A stretch of DNA of 64,000 nucleotides from a virus. This document shows, one piece after another, positions 62,756-64,000 of the stretch; the first letter of the stretch is position 1; every line of letters starts with the position of its first letter. The notes under the pieces were generated by a model. That model saw only the letters and a program-made list of their open reading frames with translations. It made no database searches and was not told the origin of the DNA. Both the position numbers and the translations under genes were made by a program. The stretch covers positions 6,729 to 70,728 of the IMG/VR virus record IMGVR_UViG_3300037851_000445. The stretch is one strand, 5' to 3'.

Positions 62756-63496
62756 ATGCCTCGTCTCGTCGCCGTCAGAGAGCCCGGCTTGACCGAGCTC
62801 CAACTCAGGTACGTGCGGGCTCGGGCCACCGGGCTTAGCCAGACCGCTGCCGCGCGGGCTGCGGGCTATTCTGTGCCCGAGGACGCAGCCAAGAACCTCG
62901 AACGGAACCCACGCGTGCGGGCCGCGGTGGAGGAAGAGCGCCGGCGGTACGCGGATGTGGCCGACATGACCCGCCGCGAGGTCATCGAGGGCATCAAGGA
63001 TGGGATTCTGGCCGCGAAAGCGGTCTCGGACGCGGCCTCGATCATCCGCGGATGGGCGGAAATCGCGCGGATTTGCGGTCTGAACGCCCCGGAAGTCAAA
63101 AAAGTCGACGTTTCTGTCACGGATACGTCAAAAATCCAGCGTTTGGAGTCCATGAGCGACGAAGAGCTCATGCAGCTGATGTCCGGGCGCACCTTGGAGG
63201 TCGCGTATGACGCAGAAACTGCCGAGTCTGGACCCACGGACGAATCTGGACAAGTTCAACGCGGGGCTGGAGCGGAGGAAGAAGGCGAACGAGGCCCGGA
63301 ATGCTCGGGAGGAGAAGAAGAAGAAGGCTGCGCAGGCGGAAATCAGTGCGCCGGCCCGGAAAGCCGGGTACGAGGCGTACCTGGAGCTGACGAAGGACGA
63401 GCGGGAGTTTCAGAAGCGGGTGACGTCGGCGAAGAACGAGCTGGTTCGGGCGGAGGCGAAGAAACAGCGGGCGGCGGAGAAGAAGAAGCAGCGTGA
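62756..63496 (+). CDS. terS: Terminase small subunit with long acidic C-terminal extension
   Basis: LTELQLRYV..RATGLSQTAAARAAGYS..LERNPRVRAAVEE..MTRREVIEG..AWAEIARICG; directly upstream of TerL. Confidence 0.8.
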   Translation: MPRLVAVREPGLTELQLRYVRARATGLSQTAAARAAGYSVPEDAAKNLERNPRVRAAVEEERRRYADVADMTRREVIEGIKDGILAAKAVSDAASIIRGWAEIARICGLNAPEVKKVDVSVTDTSKIQRLESMSDEELMQLMSGRTLEVAYDAETAESGPTDESGQVQRGAGAEEEGERGPECSGGEEEEGCAGGNQCAGPESRVRGVPGADEGRAGVSEAGDVGEERAGSGGGEETAGGGEEEAA

Positions 63497-64000
63497 GCTG
63501 ACCGAGGCGGAGCTCGCGGACAAGGAGGCGGCGAGCCGGATTCTGTCCCGCAGGCGCCTTCTGCCGTTCATCCAGCGGTTCAACGAGGACTACGAGGCGG
63601 GGTGGGTCCACATGGACATCTGCCGGCGCCTGGAGCGGTTCAGTGACCAGGTTGCTCGGCGCGAGGCGCCCCACCTGATGCTCCTGATGCCCCCGCGGCA
63701 CGGGAAGAGCGAGATCGCCTCCCGGCGGTTCCCCGCCTGGCATCTGGGAAGGCACCCGAAGCACGAAATCATCGCCTGCTCGTACGCCCTGGACCTGGTG
63801 ACGGCGGAGTTCAGCCGCCCGGTGCGGGAGATGCTCCGGGACCCGGCCTACCACGTGGTTTTCCCGCACACCCGGCTGTCGTCTGACAGCCAAGGCATCG
63901 AGAACTGGAAGACGACGAAGGGCGGCGGGTACACGGCGGCGGGCGTCGGCGGTCCGATCACGGGTAAGGGCGCGCACGTCCTCCTGATCGACGACCCGGT
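63207..64000 (+). CDS. terL: Terminase large subunit (3' partial, not in ORF track)
   Basis: GGAGG SD, ATG at 63207; LMLLMPPRHGKSE (Walker A), IIACSYALDL, GGYTAAGVGGPITGKGAHVLLIDDP (Walker B). Confidence 0.92.
   Translation, partial: MTQKLPSLDPRTNLDKFNAGLERRKKANEARNAREEKKKKAAQAEISAPARKAGYEAYLELTKDEREFQKRVTSAKNELVRAEAKKQRAAEKKKQRELTEAELADKEAASRILSRRRLLPFIQRFNEDYEAGWVHMDICRRLERFSDQVARREAPHLMLLMPPRHGKSEIASRRFPAWHLGRHPKHEIIACSYALDLVTAEFSRPVREMLRDPAYHVVFPHTRLSSDSQGIENWKTTKGGGYTAAGVGGPITGKGAHVLLIDDP

Noticed and set aside
1-64000. CRISPR array, tRNA, DGR/retron, integrase, protelomerase or PurZ/DpdA genes
   Set aside because: No repeat-spacer array, cloverleaf, RT (YxDD) ORF, recombinase or these modification genes were recognised by eye. 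About 5 kb of the genome is probably outside the window, and tRNAscan/HMM searches were not run.

Overview
This window is most of the genome of a high-GC dsDNA tailed phage, probably a podovirus-type phage of a Gram-negative host (GH19 endolysin, holin and nested Rz/Rz1 spanins). It appears circularly permuted: it starts inside the major capsid gene and ends inside terminase large subunit, so portal and scaffold genes lie outside it. The + strand arm (1-31.8 kb) encodes capsid, adaptor, an elaborate fibre/adhesin module, a lysis cassette with an Ntn-hydrolase, tail proteins and a 2169-aa ejection-type protein with an HExxH motif. The - strand arm (62.4 to 31.85 kb) carries early small genes, a primase-helicase, rIIA/rIIB, a Cas4-like nuclease, an SNF2 helicase, a family A DNA polymerase, nucleotide-pool enzymes, an HhH-GPD glycosylase-like gene, an HNH nuclease and an ATP-dependent ligase. 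No integrase, tRNA, CRISPR array or reverse transcriptase was seen. The most unusual items are: (1) a ~330-nt multi-domain structured intergenic RNA candidate upstream of the Cas4-like nuclease; (2) three paralogous Arg-rich 19-residue-repeat proteins with a shared Trp-spaced C-terminus, interleaved with adhesin-like genes; (3) a glycosylase/GP88/MazG/DUF1937/DUF5664/ligase cluster suggesting base repair or base modification; (4) an origin-like region with six G-runs and a perfect 30-bp palindrome; (5) a tiny secreted 4-Cys hairpin peptide; (6) a 290-nt dual-coding TerS/TerL overlap. All family calls come from motif recognition by eye, not database searches.
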